Part shown: positions 18,679 to 27,381 of the stretch, one piece after another
Numbering within the stretch: the first letter of the stretch is position 1
Layout: the number at the start of each line of letters is the position of its first letter
Source: Opitutaceae bacterium
GTDB taxonomy: Bacteria > Verrucomicrobiota > Verrucomicrobiia > Opitutales > Coraliomargaritaceae
Length of the DNA: 64,000 bases
Direction of reading: 5' to 3'
Assembly: GCA_051252375.1 (NCBI GenBank)
Contig: JBPOFY010000001.1
Span: 288,001 to 352,000 of the forward strand
Position numbers and translations under genes: made by a program
Notes under the pieces: model-generated
Database searches by the model: none
What the model was told of the DNA's origin: nothing
What the model saw: the letters and a program-made list of their open reading frames with translations, nothing else

Positions 18679-20190
18679 TTAATATGTCGGTCTATAGAGA
18701 GATCTTGCTTTTTGAGCTCGATAATTTTCTGCGGGTTTTGCCAACGCTTGGAACTCTAATGGGCAATCGTTGACCTCTTTCCAGCGAACGCCTGCTTTAG
18801 CCCAAGCTTCCGTCGCAATATCGCATATAAGTTCAAACTGACGCTCCGTAAAATGATCTTTTTCTGCATAGAGTGTCAGCTCTGCGTCCGCCGCGCCACG
18901 AATCTGATGCAATTCCTGTAAGAGTAGGTCGGGGGAATCATGCGTGGTGTTCGGAACATAGAATGAACGTTCCTCTTGCCCAACCTTTAACTCTGCTCGG
19001 CAAATACCCATTTTTTTGAGTACAAACTGATAATCGGCCCAAAGATGCTTCACTGAATCCGCACGTTCTGTTTCTGCAACGAACCAATCCTTAAGATACA
19101 GAGCATTGCGCGTATCTTGACGGGCGTGCAACGACTCTGTTAACAGCATTTGAACAGTAGTCGCAGAGATTTTCTGTCCACGAAGGGTCAAAAGAATCAC
19201 GACAAAGGCAAAGCCTAATAAGATGCCAACATAACGTCCTTGCGAAGCGAAGACCAGCAGACCACCGATGAGCGCACACAACGAAATTCCGTAAAGAATG
19301 AGCACAGTGCTTCTATGCGATAACCCAGCCTTAATCAAACGATGATGAATATGCTTTCGGTCAGGGCGAAAGAGCGGCAACCCTTTAATTACACGACGAA
19401 GCATCGCAAAGGACACATCGGCAATCGGCAAGGCTAAGGCCAACACTGGCGCAATCATCGCGGCTAAGACCGTGCCCTTTTCCGAATTTAAAAGCGAAAG
19501 CGCTGCGATGACGTAGCCGATCAAATAGGCACCAGAGTCCCCCATATACACCTTGGCGGGAGGAAAATTGTGAAAGAGAAATCCTAAAGAAGCGCCCGCC
19601 ATGCCAATTGCTAATATAGATGAAAATGCGACGCCTTTCTCAAACCCGAGATACGCAAGCATCACCATCAGCATCAAACCAACACCTCCAGCAAGTCCAT
19701 CAAGGCCGTCGATCAAATTAACCAAATTCATCATCGCGACGAACCAGAATACCGTGAGCCCCATACTCAAAAGTCCCAGATCAGGAATTGCGCCAATGAA
19801 AGGTATATTAAGCGTTTCAATCGACAGACCACATTCATGTGCCGCCATGCCAATGATAATTTGAGCCAATAATTTTACTTTCGCGCCCAGCGGACGTATA
19901 TCATCAACAAAGCCCAATAAGAAAGCCGACGCCCCACCAGCAAAGACTGCATAGTGCATCAGTGATTGGTTGTCCTGACTATCGAGAAGAAAGAAACAAA
20001 GCAGGTAGGTCAGGGTAAAGCCGGCAACGAGACCAATCCCTCCGATCCGCGGAATGACCCCCGTGTGAGTATGGTGATGCTGTGGAACCAAATCAGCACC
20101 TTGCCCAAAACCTTTCTCGAGCAGATAGTGAATTACCAGCCAGGAGGCAAAGCACCCAAGAAGCAGAAAAAATAAAATTGGAGAAAGCAC
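18679..20190 (-). CDS. wecA: WecA/MraY-family undecaprenyl-phosphate GlcNAc-1-P transferase with C-terminal extension
   Basis: IPRIGG, GFVDD, NLIDGLDGL, HNFPPAKVYMGDSG, PDRKHIHH. Confidence 0.9.
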   Translation of the reverse strand: MLSPILFFLLLGCFASWLVIHYLLEKGFGQGADLVPQHHHTHTGVIPRIGGIGLVAGFTLTYLLCFFLLDSQDNQSLMHYAVFAGGASAFLLGFVDDIRPLGAKVKLLAQIIIGMAAHECGLSIETLNIPFIGAIPDLGLLSMGLTVFWFVAMMNLVNLIDGLDGLAGGVGLMLMVMLAYLGFEKGVAFSSILAIGMAGASLGFLFHNFPPAKVYMGDSGAYLIGYVIAALSLLNSEKGTVLAAMIAPVLALALPIADVSFAMLRRVIKGLPLFRPDRKHIHHRLIKAGLSHRSTVLILYGISLCALIGGLLVFASQGRYVGILLGFAFVVILLTLRGQKISATTVQMLLTESLHARQDTRNALYLKDWFVAETERADSVKHLWADYQFVLKKMGICRAELKVGQEERSFYVPNTTHDSPDLLLQELHQIRGAADAELTLYAEKDHFTERQFELICDIATEAWAKAGVRWKEVNDCPLEFQALAKPAENYRAQKARSLYRPTY

Positions 20191-20280
20191 TTTTTAAAAA
20201 GCTGAAACGCTAAAAACTGAAAGCTGAAAAATTTACGACTGAAAGCTGACGCGAGAAAAGATTAAATGCAGAAAAACTGA
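20191..20280. repeat. 7/8-nt CTGAAA-type arm downstream of four-helix-bundle gene
   Basis: AAAAGCTG AAACGCTA AAAACTG AAAGCTG ... ACGACTG AAAGCTG ... AAATGCAG AAAAACTG. Confidence 0.85.
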
Positions 20281-20281
20281 T

Positions 20282-20644
20282 CTAAGTATTACTTCGTTTT
20301 ACCTTAACGACAATACTTATGAATATAGCCATTAGCTCGCCACATTCTTGGTGGATTGGCTGAATTTGATCACTTGGCATGCTGCAATCTTCGACTAAAT
20401 GCTCCAACCATAGCTGTGACTCGTCTGCCTCTTGAATAAGAACATCAAGTTTAGAACAAAATTCTGCTTCGGACCGTGCCCTAGAAGCTTCTCTAGCATG
20501 AGCAGCCACTGAAGTCGCAGACGGGAGCAATTGCTTACCGATCACCTTCACCTCTTTGCGCTGCTTCGGTAGATCGATAAAAAGTCGAATAACCGACGAT
20601 GAAAATCGTTTTGTGCGATCTCTAAGTTCTTCACTTAGTCTCAT
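20282..20644 (-). CDS. Four-helix-bundle protein (23S rRNA IVS protein / Avd-like family)
   Basis: LRDRTKRF...IGKQLLPSATSVAAHAREASRARSEAEFCSKL...EADESQLWLE matches the family pattern QLLRSxTSxxAxxxEAxxARSxxEFxxKL. Confidence 0.9.
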   Translation of the reverse strand: MRLSEELRDRTKRFSSSVIRLFIDLPKQRKEVKVIGKQLLPSATSVAAHAREASRARSEAEFCSKLDVLIQEADESQLWLEHLVEDCSMPSDQIQPIHQECGELMAIFISIVVKVKRSNT

Positions 20645-20691
20645 GGGTTTTTGTTGCTTTGAATGTTTGTCCTCTCAGACGTCTATCTAAC

Positions 20692-20799
20692 TTTCAGTTT
20701 TGCGCCTTTGATCGCCCCCAAGGGCACCCATCTCATTCGCCCTTCAGGGCAAACTGGACAAGCCAGTTCACCATCTCCGCGCTGCTCGCGCTCCGTCAG
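20692..20799 (-). other. ~110-nt multi-hairpin element, copy 1
   Basis: Homologous to 22841-22951 with compensatory stem changes. Confidence 0.75.
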
Positions 20800-20825
20800 C
20801 GTTTCAGTTTTTAGCGTTTTAAAAA
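20795..20825. repeat. Upstream arm of four-helix-bundle cassette
   Basis: 20802-20819 TTTCAGTTTTTAGCGTTT is the exact reverse complement of 20205-20222. Confidence 0.85.
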
Positions 20826-20843
20826 CATGCTTCCGCCCTTGGT
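20826..20843 (-). promoter_or_regulatory. ops/JUMPstart-like element
   Basis: Minus strand CCAAGGGCGGAAGCATG versus ops GGCGGTAGnnTG (one mismatch), at the head of a >20-kb polysaccharide operon. Confidence 0.6.
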
Positions 20844-21024
20844 CGTTCGGGAAATTCCGAGACTTTCTGGCGGCGAGACCGCAATGATTAAGGACTGATG
20901 GCTGATAGCTAATGAGTAGCTACTAGTTGTGCGGTAAAGCCGCGGGTAGAGAGAAGCAGTGAAGTCGTTCTCTGGTTAAAAGTTTATATATTAGGGCTAG
21001 AAATGCTAAAAATGGGGAGACGAA

Positions 21025-21582
21025 TTAGATGATGGTTTGATCTTGTTCAGACTTTTCCTCGAAGAACTTAGCACCACCGAGGACAGCCATGATGATAGGG
21101 AGTAAGCTTTGCACGCGGTTTTGCCAGGCGCGCAGTGTGCCTAGGCGATTTAAGGCGTGTTCACGTATCGCAGGGTCAGTCTCTTCCTGGAGTAACACTT
21201 CGACATCGTTTAACCGGCTCGCCCCTGACTCAATGTGCGGGCTGAACTGATCTCGAACGAAGCCGCGAACCAAGCGCTTCATCGACAGTTCCGGAACATA
21301 ATGGTCTTTTCGGTTCCCAGCAACATACTGCAACTTCACTGCTCCTAGCTGGCGTAGTAATTTCAATCCCTGACTCACCGAACCTTTACTGATTCCCAAT
21401 CGCTGAACCAGATCATCGAAGGTCAACGGACCGGTCGCGCAAAATAGCAGGCCGTATATTTCACCAATTGACCGAGGGAGTCCTATCAGGCCGGCTGCAC
21501 GCACAAATAACTCGATCATTGATGTCTCCCAATGAGCAAGTTGCACTGACTTAATTTGGTTAGTATCTGGGGCGGGGTTCAT
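21025..21582 (-). CDS. GbsR/MarR-family transcriptional regulator
   Basis: GLPRSIGEIYGLL, LTFDDLVQRLGISKGSVSQGLKLL, GNRKDHY. Confidence 0.88.
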   Translation of the reverse strand: MNPAPDTNQIKSVQLAHWETSMIELFVRAAGLIGLPRSIGEIYGLLFCATGPLTFDDLVQRLGISKGSVSQGLKLLRQLGAVKLQYVAGNRKDHYVPELSMKRLVRGFVRDQFSPHIESGASRLNDVEVLLQEETDPAIREHALNRLGTLRAWQNRVQSLLPIIMAVLGGAKFFEEKSEQDQTII

Positions 21583-21613
21583 ACGTAAGCTGCCATTCAA
21601 CAACATATTACAC

Positions 21614-21637
21614 TTTGTTCAAGGTTTTTTGAACAAA
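21614..21637. promoter_or_regulatory. Palindromic operator candidate
   Basis: TTTGTTCAA-N6-TTGAACAAA about 30 nt upstream of the regulator start. Confidence 0.65.
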
Positions 21638-21734
21638 CCGAAACGGCGCATTTGAAGCATATTTATGGTAATTTCTAATGACCCGATCATCCGATTGCAT
21701 GCCCCCCGCCCAATTTCGCTCATCTCATCAGAAT

Positions 21735-21893
21735 GTAGCCACGGCACTCTGTGCCGTGCCCCGTAACCTCGATCCTTAGCACTCATCAACCGTGGCCTCC
21801 AAAATAATTATGGATGATGTCGCTACGCTTGGAACTGCCTCACACCCTACAGGGCTTCCTGCCCTATGACACGGCAGTGACTGCCGTGGCTAC
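21735..21893. repeat. REPIN-like inverted pair, GTAGCCACGGCA family
   Basis: GTAGCCACGGCACTCTGTGCCGTG ... CACGGCAGTGACTGCCGTGGCTAC. Confidence 0.85.
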
Positions 21894-22023
21894 AACTCTC
21901 ATCAGGATGTCTAAAGAAACAAATTTAAACTAACCGAACGATTCCCAAAGGTAGGGACGCCTGCCCATTACACCGAGGCCACGCGCATAAAAGAATTATG
22001 GATGATGTCGCTACGCTTGGAAC
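21806..22023. repeat. 30-bp perfect direct repeat, two copies
   Basis: AATTATGGATGATGTCGCTACGCTTGGAAC at 21806-21835 and 21994-22023. Confidence 0.9.
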
Positions 22024-22063
22024 AGCCAAAAATTATTCTGCTTCAACCCCTATAGCAAATGAC

Positions 22064-22351
22064 TCACTTCAACCAAACGATCGTGGCTCCCCAGCTACCT
22101 TCGCTTTGGTCGGCTAATTGAAATCGTTCGACCCGTGAATCACGTTTCAACAGGGAATGGACCGTCTCACGCAGGGTTCCAATGCCTTTTCCATGAATAA
22201 TTCGCAGGCGGCGTATGTCTTTGTCGATACAGGCTTCGATGTAATCTGGTATCAAATCTCCAAGATCCGAAGGGCGAAAGGTATGCAAATCCAGTTCACC
22301 GTTAATCGGGAATTCAACTGCTTCTGGATCTTCGTGGGGCTCTTCAGTCAT
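22064..22351 (-). CDS. Smr/MutS2 C-terminal domain protein
   Basis: LDLHTF, IIHGKGIG, GSWGATIVWL; start MTEEP. Confidence 0.9.
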   Translation of the reverse strand: MTEEPHEDPEAVEFPINGELDLHTFRPSDLGDLIPDYIEACIDKDIRRLRIIHGKGIGTLRETVHSLLKRDSRVERFQLADQSEGSWGATIVWLK

Positions 22352-22488
22352 GAGTGATGGTCGAGTTGATAGTTTGTAGTTCGAGTATGGAGTTGTGGTG
22401 ACAGTCATGTCTCTAGCATTTAGCACGACACCTATCAAGTCGATCCGATGCGAACCGCCCTCCTAGGCTTAGCTACGATCATAAATGC

Positions 22489-22678
22489 CTGACAGCCGAC
22501 GAAGCACGAAAGCTTGGCGACGGTGAGTTTCCTTCGTAGTGACTTCGCTTGCGGATATCCCCACGGTGATCTTTGAATTTATGAACGTTCGATGCCACCC
22601 GGATATGACGGGGAGACGCGCAAGCGCGCTCACTACGACCAAGTAATAACTCAAAGCTTCCGTTGTTGGGTATGACAG
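22489..22678. other. ~190-nt rod-like hairpin (REPIN or ncRNA)
   Basis: Nested stems CCGACGA/TTGTTGG, AAGCTT/AAGCTT, TGAGTT/AACTCA, TCGTAGTGA/TCACTACGA, CGCTTGCG/CGCAAGCG, TCCCC/GGGGA, GGTG/CACC. Confidence 0.65.
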
Positions 22679-22804
22679 ATCCATACTCCCCTATCCTCAG
22701 AATCGAGGCTAGGGGGTTTCCAAAATAATCATTCTGTCCCAAATTATTCTGTCTGAATCTTACTGGACATCCGCCTCAAAGCCGATGCAACAACACGCGA
22801 TTAT

Positions 22805-22830
22805 CCCCGATCCCGCGGATCGAGGCCACA
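22805..22830 (-). repeat. GTGG-type REP (GTGGCCTCGATCC-nnn-GGATCGG)
   Basis: Also at 27310-27334, degenerate at 17315-17327. Confidence 0.75.
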
Positions 22831-22840
22831 TTTTGAAAAA

Positions 22841-22951
22841 CTGACGAAGCGCAAGTAGCGCGGAGATGGTAAATCGGAACGATTTGCCCCGAAGGGCGAC
22901 TGAACAGGGTGCCCTTAAGGCAAGTGAAGAAGCAAATACTGAAAACTGAAA
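22841..22951 (+). other. ~110-nt multi-hairpin element, copy 2
   Basis: CTGACGAAGCGC...GCGCGGAGATGGT...GCCCCGAAGGGCGA...GGGTGCCCTT...AAAACTGAAA. Confidence 0.75.
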
Positions 22952-23016
22952 CAATGAGCTACTTAACAGTCATCCACTTAAACTTGAACTCTCAACTCAA
23001 ACATCGGCAGAGCCGA

Positions 23017-23658
23017 TCAAGGCGCTAGACGTTCGGGGGCGATCCAATTGCCGGATTCATCTCGGCGATACATAAATCGGTCATGTAGGCGAGAGGCCCC
23101 ACCCTGCCAGAATTCGAATGTCTTGGGCACGATGCGATAGCCTCCCCAATGATCGGGCAGTGGCACCTTCCCATCGGTAAACTTGCGCTTCATTTGATCT
23201 AGCTTCGCTTCTAGAAGCTGTCGCGAACCGATGACTTTGCTCTGTGGCGAAGTCCAAGCACCCAACTGACTAGCAAAAGGACGGGAAAGGAAATACTTCA
23301 ACGACTCTGCCTTAGACACCCGTTCGACTGTTCCGGTGACATTTACCTGTCTTTGTAATGGCAACCAAAGGAAATTAGCCCCCACTTGTGGGTTTGCGTC
23401 CAACTCACGGGCTTTACGGCTTTCGTAGTTAGTATAAAAGACCAAGCCCTTTTCCGAGAAAGCTTTCAACAACACGATCCGTGTCGATGGCTGGCCGGCA
23501 GAGTCGGCCGTCGCTAAGCAGAACGCATTGGGCTCATCCACCTCACAAGTCTCTGCCTCTTGAAACCATTTCTCAAATTGCGCAAAGGGGCACTCAGCAA
23601 GATCAGACGCATCCAATGCATGCTTGGTGTATTCAGCTCTACGATCGGAGAGGTCCAT
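23017..23658 (-). CDS. pdxH: Pyridoxamine 5'-phosphate oxidase
   Basis: [30 protein letters not shown]. Confidence 0.97.
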   Translation of the reverse strand: MDLSDRRAEYTKHALDASDLAECPFAQFEKWFQEAETCEVDEPNAFCLATADSAGQPSTRIVLLKAFSEKGLVFYTNYESRKARELDANPQVGANFLWLPLQRQVNVTGTVERVSKAESLKYFLSRPFASQLGAWTSPQSKVIGSRQLLEAKLDQMKRKFTDGKVPLPDHWGGYRIVPKTFEFWQGGASRLHDRFMYRRDESGNWIAPERLAP

Positions 23659-23691
23659 GGTTTTTTTAAATGCTGAAAACTGTTCAGCTTT

Positions 23692-24618
23692 CTACTGCTC
23701 AGCCAGCCAGCGTTCGGCTTCGATAGCGGCTTGGCAACCCATTCCAGCTGCAGTGATCGCTTGGCGGTAAACGTGGTCGACACAATCGCCGGCAGCGAAA
23801 AAGCCTTCGTGCTTGGTCTTCACTTGGCTACCTGCCTCGGGGATGATGTAGCCGTCGCCATCACGATCAAGCACACCTTCAACGAAATCCGTATTAGGGA
23901 TGTGGCCAATTGCGATAAACGCGCCCTTGCAGGGGATTTCACGCTCTTCGCCAGTGATTGTGTCCTTCACAACAACCGCACGGGTAAAACCTTGCTCATC
24001 GGCTAAGACTTCGGTCGGAGCCGCGTTCCAAGCCATTTCAATTTTCGGGTGCGAAGTTGCACGGTCCGCCATGATTTGAGAAGCACGGAGCTCATCGCGG
24101 CGATGGATCAGTGTTACCTTCGAGCAAAAACGAGTCAAAAAGAGCGCTTCTTCGGCAGCAGAATCCCCACCACCGACGACGACAACATCCATGTCGCGGT
24201 AGAATGCACCATCACAGGTTGCACAAGTCGTGACACCTTTACCGCCAAACATCTCCTTTTCACCAGGAATACCGAGCAAGCGTGGGCGCGCGCCAGTTGC
24301 GACAATCACAGTCTTCGCTTCATAAACCTTGTCACCTGCGTAGAGTTTCTTCACATCGCCCTCGAGCTCGATCTTATCGACCTTGGCGTGCTCATAGCGG
24401 GCACCAAATCTAGCCGCCTGCTTGCGCAGATTGTCCATCATCGTGTAGCCATCAATGCCTTCTGGGAAACCGGGGAAGTTTTCGACTTCAGAGGTTGTTG
24501 TGAGCTGACCACCGGGTTGCGAACCTTCGAGCACAAGAGGGTTCAGCTGCGCACGGCCGGTGTAAATAGCTGCAGTGAGTCCGGCACAACCGGTTCCAAG
24601 AATGATGACGTCTTCCAT
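23692..24618 (-). CDS. trxB: Thioredoxin reductase
   Basis: [39 protein letters not shown]. Confidence 0.97.
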   Translation of the reverse strand: MEDVIILGTGCAGLTAAIYTGRAQLNPLVLEGSQPGGQLTTTSEVENFPGFPEGIDGYTMMDNLRKQAARFGARYEHAKVDKIELEGDVKKLYAGDKVYEAKTVIVATGARPRLLGIPGEKEMFGGKGVTTCATCDGAFYRDMDVVVVGGGDSAAEEALFLTRFCSKVTLIHRRDELRASQIMADRATSHPKIEMAWNAAPTEVLADEQGFTRAVVVKDTITGEEREIPCKGAFIAIGHIPNTDFVEGVLDRDGDGYIIPEAGSQVKTKHEGFFAAGDCVDHVYRQAITAAGMGCQAAIEAERWLAEQ

Positions 24619-24749
24619 AATAATAGTGTGGGTGTATAAATTGTTAAAGCTGTGAGACGATGGAGGTGTTCTTTTTATTCTCAAGAACTTTCAGTAATTC
24701 GCTGGCGCTCCCCAATCCTGAGTATTGAGGCGACAACTTTGATCAGAAT

Positions 24750-24845
24750 GTAGCCACGGCACTCTGTGCCGTTCCCCAGTATACCAGCTTATCCCAAGAA
24801 TCGGGACTACGAGCCTAAAACACGGCAGGGGACTGTCGTGGCTAC
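24750..24845. repeat. REPIN-like inverted pair, GTAGCCACGGCA family
   Basis: 24742-24772 is identical to 21727-21757 (31 bp); inverted partner at 24821-24845. Confidence 0.85.
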
Positions 24846-24977
24846 AGCAAACGAATATTAATTAGCTATAGTAAGCGATCTCCGACGCAGTCGGCTTGTA
24901 TATATATGGCGGGGAACATCTTGCTTTAGCCCTTTTCAGCCTTCCCGCTATTGAGTTTTTCCGTTTTCCTAGGCCGC

Positions 24978-25775
24978 ATGGAATTGATCGACAGTCATTG
25001 CCACCTAAAAGGCTTTCAAGATAAGGGCGAACTGAACGCGGTTCTAACGCGTGCGGCGGAAGCTGGGGTCACCCAATTCATTACCGTCGGGACTTCTCTC
25101 AAGGACTGGGTGCCTTATCGCGAAATGAGCGCCGCGCACCCGGGCAAGATTTTTTATACCGTCGGTCTGCACCCCTGCTATGTGGATGCAGAATGGAACG
25201 ACGCGGTGGCACAAATCTCTACGTTTTTCATCCCGCCTCACGCGCCAGTGGCACTGGGCGAGATCGGGCTAGACTATTTCCACCTCCCGAAAGATCCCAT
25301 TATGGCAGGCGAAACCATGATTTTTCAGGAGGAAGCCTTTCGCCAGCAGCTGATGCTGGCTTGCGAGCTCGATTGCCCAGTGATCATCCATAGCCGTAAT
25401 GCTTTTGATGACACCCTTCGGATGATCGACGAGTCAGGCATTGATTGGGCGCGTATCGTTTTTCACTGCTACAGCTATGGACCCGACGAAATAGGCAAAA
25501 TCAAAGAGCGTGGCGGTCGCGCGTCTTTTACTGGCATCGTCACCTACAAGAACGCCCCAGAAATCCGCGATGCCCTGCGCGTTCAAGGCGTCGAGCGCCT
25601 CATGCTCGAAACGGACTGCCCATACCTCACGCCTGAGCCACATCGCGGCAAGCCAAACGAACCAGCCTTTCTGGCGCATATCGCCGAACGATGCGCCGAC
25701 GCACTGGCACTGCCACTGGAAAGTTTGGCAGCACAGACGACCGCCAACACCAAGGCATTTTTCCAACTCGATTAA
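24978..25775 (+). CDS. tatD: TatD-family hydrolase/DNase
   Basis: [37 protein letters not shown]. Confidence 0.93.
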   Translation: MELIDSHCHLKGFQDKGELNAVLTRAAEAGVTQFITVGTSLKDWVPYREMSAAHPGKIFYTVGLHPCYVDAEWNDAVAQISTFFIPPHAPVALGEIGLDYFHLPKDPIMAGETMIFQEEAFRQQLMLACELDCPVIIHSRNAFDDTLRMIDESGIDWARIVFHCYSYGPDEIGKIKERGGRASFTGIVTYKNAPEIRDALRVQGVERLMLETDCPYLTPEPHRGKPNEPAFLAHIAERCADALALPLESLAAQTTANTKAFFQLD

Positions 25776-25778
25776 TCC

Positions 25779-27023
25779 ATGCGCTGGCTCTTCAGAATCG
25801 CTCTTACCATCGGCTTCCTTGGGCTCGCCGCGCTGGCGATTATGCCCTATCTGCCAACCATCCAAAAGGAGGCAGGGCATTTCTACGATGCCTGGAAAGC
25901 AATTCGAACCGAGCAAACCAAGCCCGAGACTGAAACATCGACCGCAAAACCCTCCGAAAAAACCATTGAACGACGGCGACCACTAAGCATCCCGAAAAGC
26001 GATAGTGTTGATGGCACCGAAACCGATCTATTTTTGAGCGAAGCTCGCCGTCGCGCCCAAGACGACCCCGAGTCCGCGATGGCTTGGCTGCAGAATCAGG
26101 ACAATAGCCCGCAGCGCCTCCGCGGCATGCTGGAAGTCGTCGCATTGTGGGCGGCCGACGATTCCGAAGGCGCGCTGCTCTGGCTAGAGTCAAACGCGCA
26201 AGGTATTGCTCGACTGGAGACGCTCAATAGTGCCGTCGAACTCTGGTCCGCTCAAGACCCTGTCGCCGCGTCGGAGTGGATTGCCGGCATGGCCAACGAC
26301 GGCAGTAAAGTCACCGCGACCAAAGCGCTGGTCGACAATTGGACCAAGACTCAACCCGAAGAAGCCTCCGCTTGGGTGAGCGCCCTGCCCTACGGTCCCT
26401 TGCGAGACGAAGCGGCTCAAGCACTCATCGAATCGTGGACAAAGATCGACCCCGAAAAAGCCGCCATCTGGGCCCTCTCTGAAGCTGAGTTTTACGGGAA
26501 TTCCGACCTGCTCTACAATAGCATCGAGCAATTCACCAAGGTGGACCCAAAGAATGCTGAGCTTTTCCTGCGCAACTTGACTGAAGCCTACGACGCCCCC
26601 GAAACCATCGACACCTACGTCCGCGCACTCGCGCAAACCGACCCCGTAGAAGCCATGCTATGGCAAGCCCGACTCACTTCTGAAGATCCGCTCTCTAAAG
26701 AGGGCAACACACGTATCATCATGCAGGAATGGAGCCGCACCGACTCTGTCGCAGCCTCCGCTTGGCTCAGTGATCAAGCCCCCGGAGCCGATCGCGACGC
26801 GGCGATATTTGGTTTTAACGACACCATACTACAATACGAACCGGAGGCCGCCACTGCATGGGCCAACTATATTTCTGACCCAAAACAGCGTGAGCAATTA
26901 CTCCGGTCATCGATTCAAAAGTGGGCGTATGCACAACCTCACGAGGCCCTCAAATGGGTCAAAGAAGCAGAGCTCGATCCAGCGCTCCGCACCAGTCTCG
27001 CCTCCGAAATCGGAGCGGATTAA
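25779..27023 (+). CDS. Membrane-anchored alpha-helical repeat protein (WxxxDPxxAxxW repeats)
   Basis: N-terminal [62 protein letters not shown]. Confidence 0.8.
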   Translation: MRWLFRIALTIGFLGLAALAIMPYLPTIQKEAGHFYDAWKAIRTEQTKPETETSTAKPSEKTIERRRPLSIPKSDSVDGTETDLFLSEARRRAQDDPESAMAWLQNQDNSPQRLRGMLEVVALWAADDSEGALLWLESNAQGIARLETLNSAVELWSAQDPVAASEWIAGMANDGSKVTATKALVDNWTKTQPEEASAWVSALPYGPLRDEAAQALIESWTKIDPEKAAIWALSEAEFYGNSDLLYNSIEQFTKVDPKNAELFLRNLTEAYDAPETIDTYVRALAQTDPVEAMLWQARLTSEDPLSKEGNTRIIMQEWSRTDSVAASAWLSDQAPGADRDAAIFGFNDTILQYEPEAATAWANYISDPKQREQLLRSSIQKWAYAQPHEALKWVKEAELDPALRTSLASEIGAD

Positions 27024-27112
27024 GGGGGAGCATGCTTAAAAGTCTAAAAGCTGAAAACTGAGAGCTGAAATAGTAAGCTACTTAACGGACATCGCTTTCT
27101 CTCGGCTAAGAA

Positions 27113-27334
27113 CACGGCAGGAGACTGCCGTGGCTACACCGAATGAATCGCCCCTCCCATCCAGAGGATAATCCTAAAGAATACATATAAACAAACTGAA
27201 CGATTTGCTGGCACCAAAGGTAGGGACGCCTGCCCCTAGACGTCCGAGGTTGGAAGGAAATATCCCGGACGCCTGAGGGCAGGCGTCCCTACCAAATACA
27301 CTGATACCTCCCGATCCAAAGGATCGAGGCCACA
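27113..27334. repeat. Composite REP cluster (GTAGCC REP, GTAGGGACGCC REPIN at 27219-27293, GTGG REP)
   Basis: GGTAGGGACGCCTGCCC...GGGCAGGCGTCCCTACC; flanks homologous to 21870-21982. Confidence 0.85.
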
Positions 27335-27381
27335 TACAGATCTGAAAACAAAAATGCTGAAAACTGACACTAATCGCTTTG

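Noticed and set aside
20282..20644. Diversity-generating retroelement or rRNA intervening sequence
   Set aside because: No reverse transcriptase, TR/VR pair or rRNA in the window.
21806..22023. CRISPR array from the 30-bp direct repeat
   Set aside because: Only two copies, a 158-bp REP-filled spacer, and no cas genes.
22430..22720. tmRNA, RNase P RNA, SRP RNA or tRNA
   Set aside because: No tRNA-like T-arm or CCA end, no GAGGAAAGTCC, no SRP loop motif.
22841..22870. Hammerhead ribozyme (CTGACGA plus stem)
   Set aside because: No GAAA after the stem, and the other copy reads CTGACGG.
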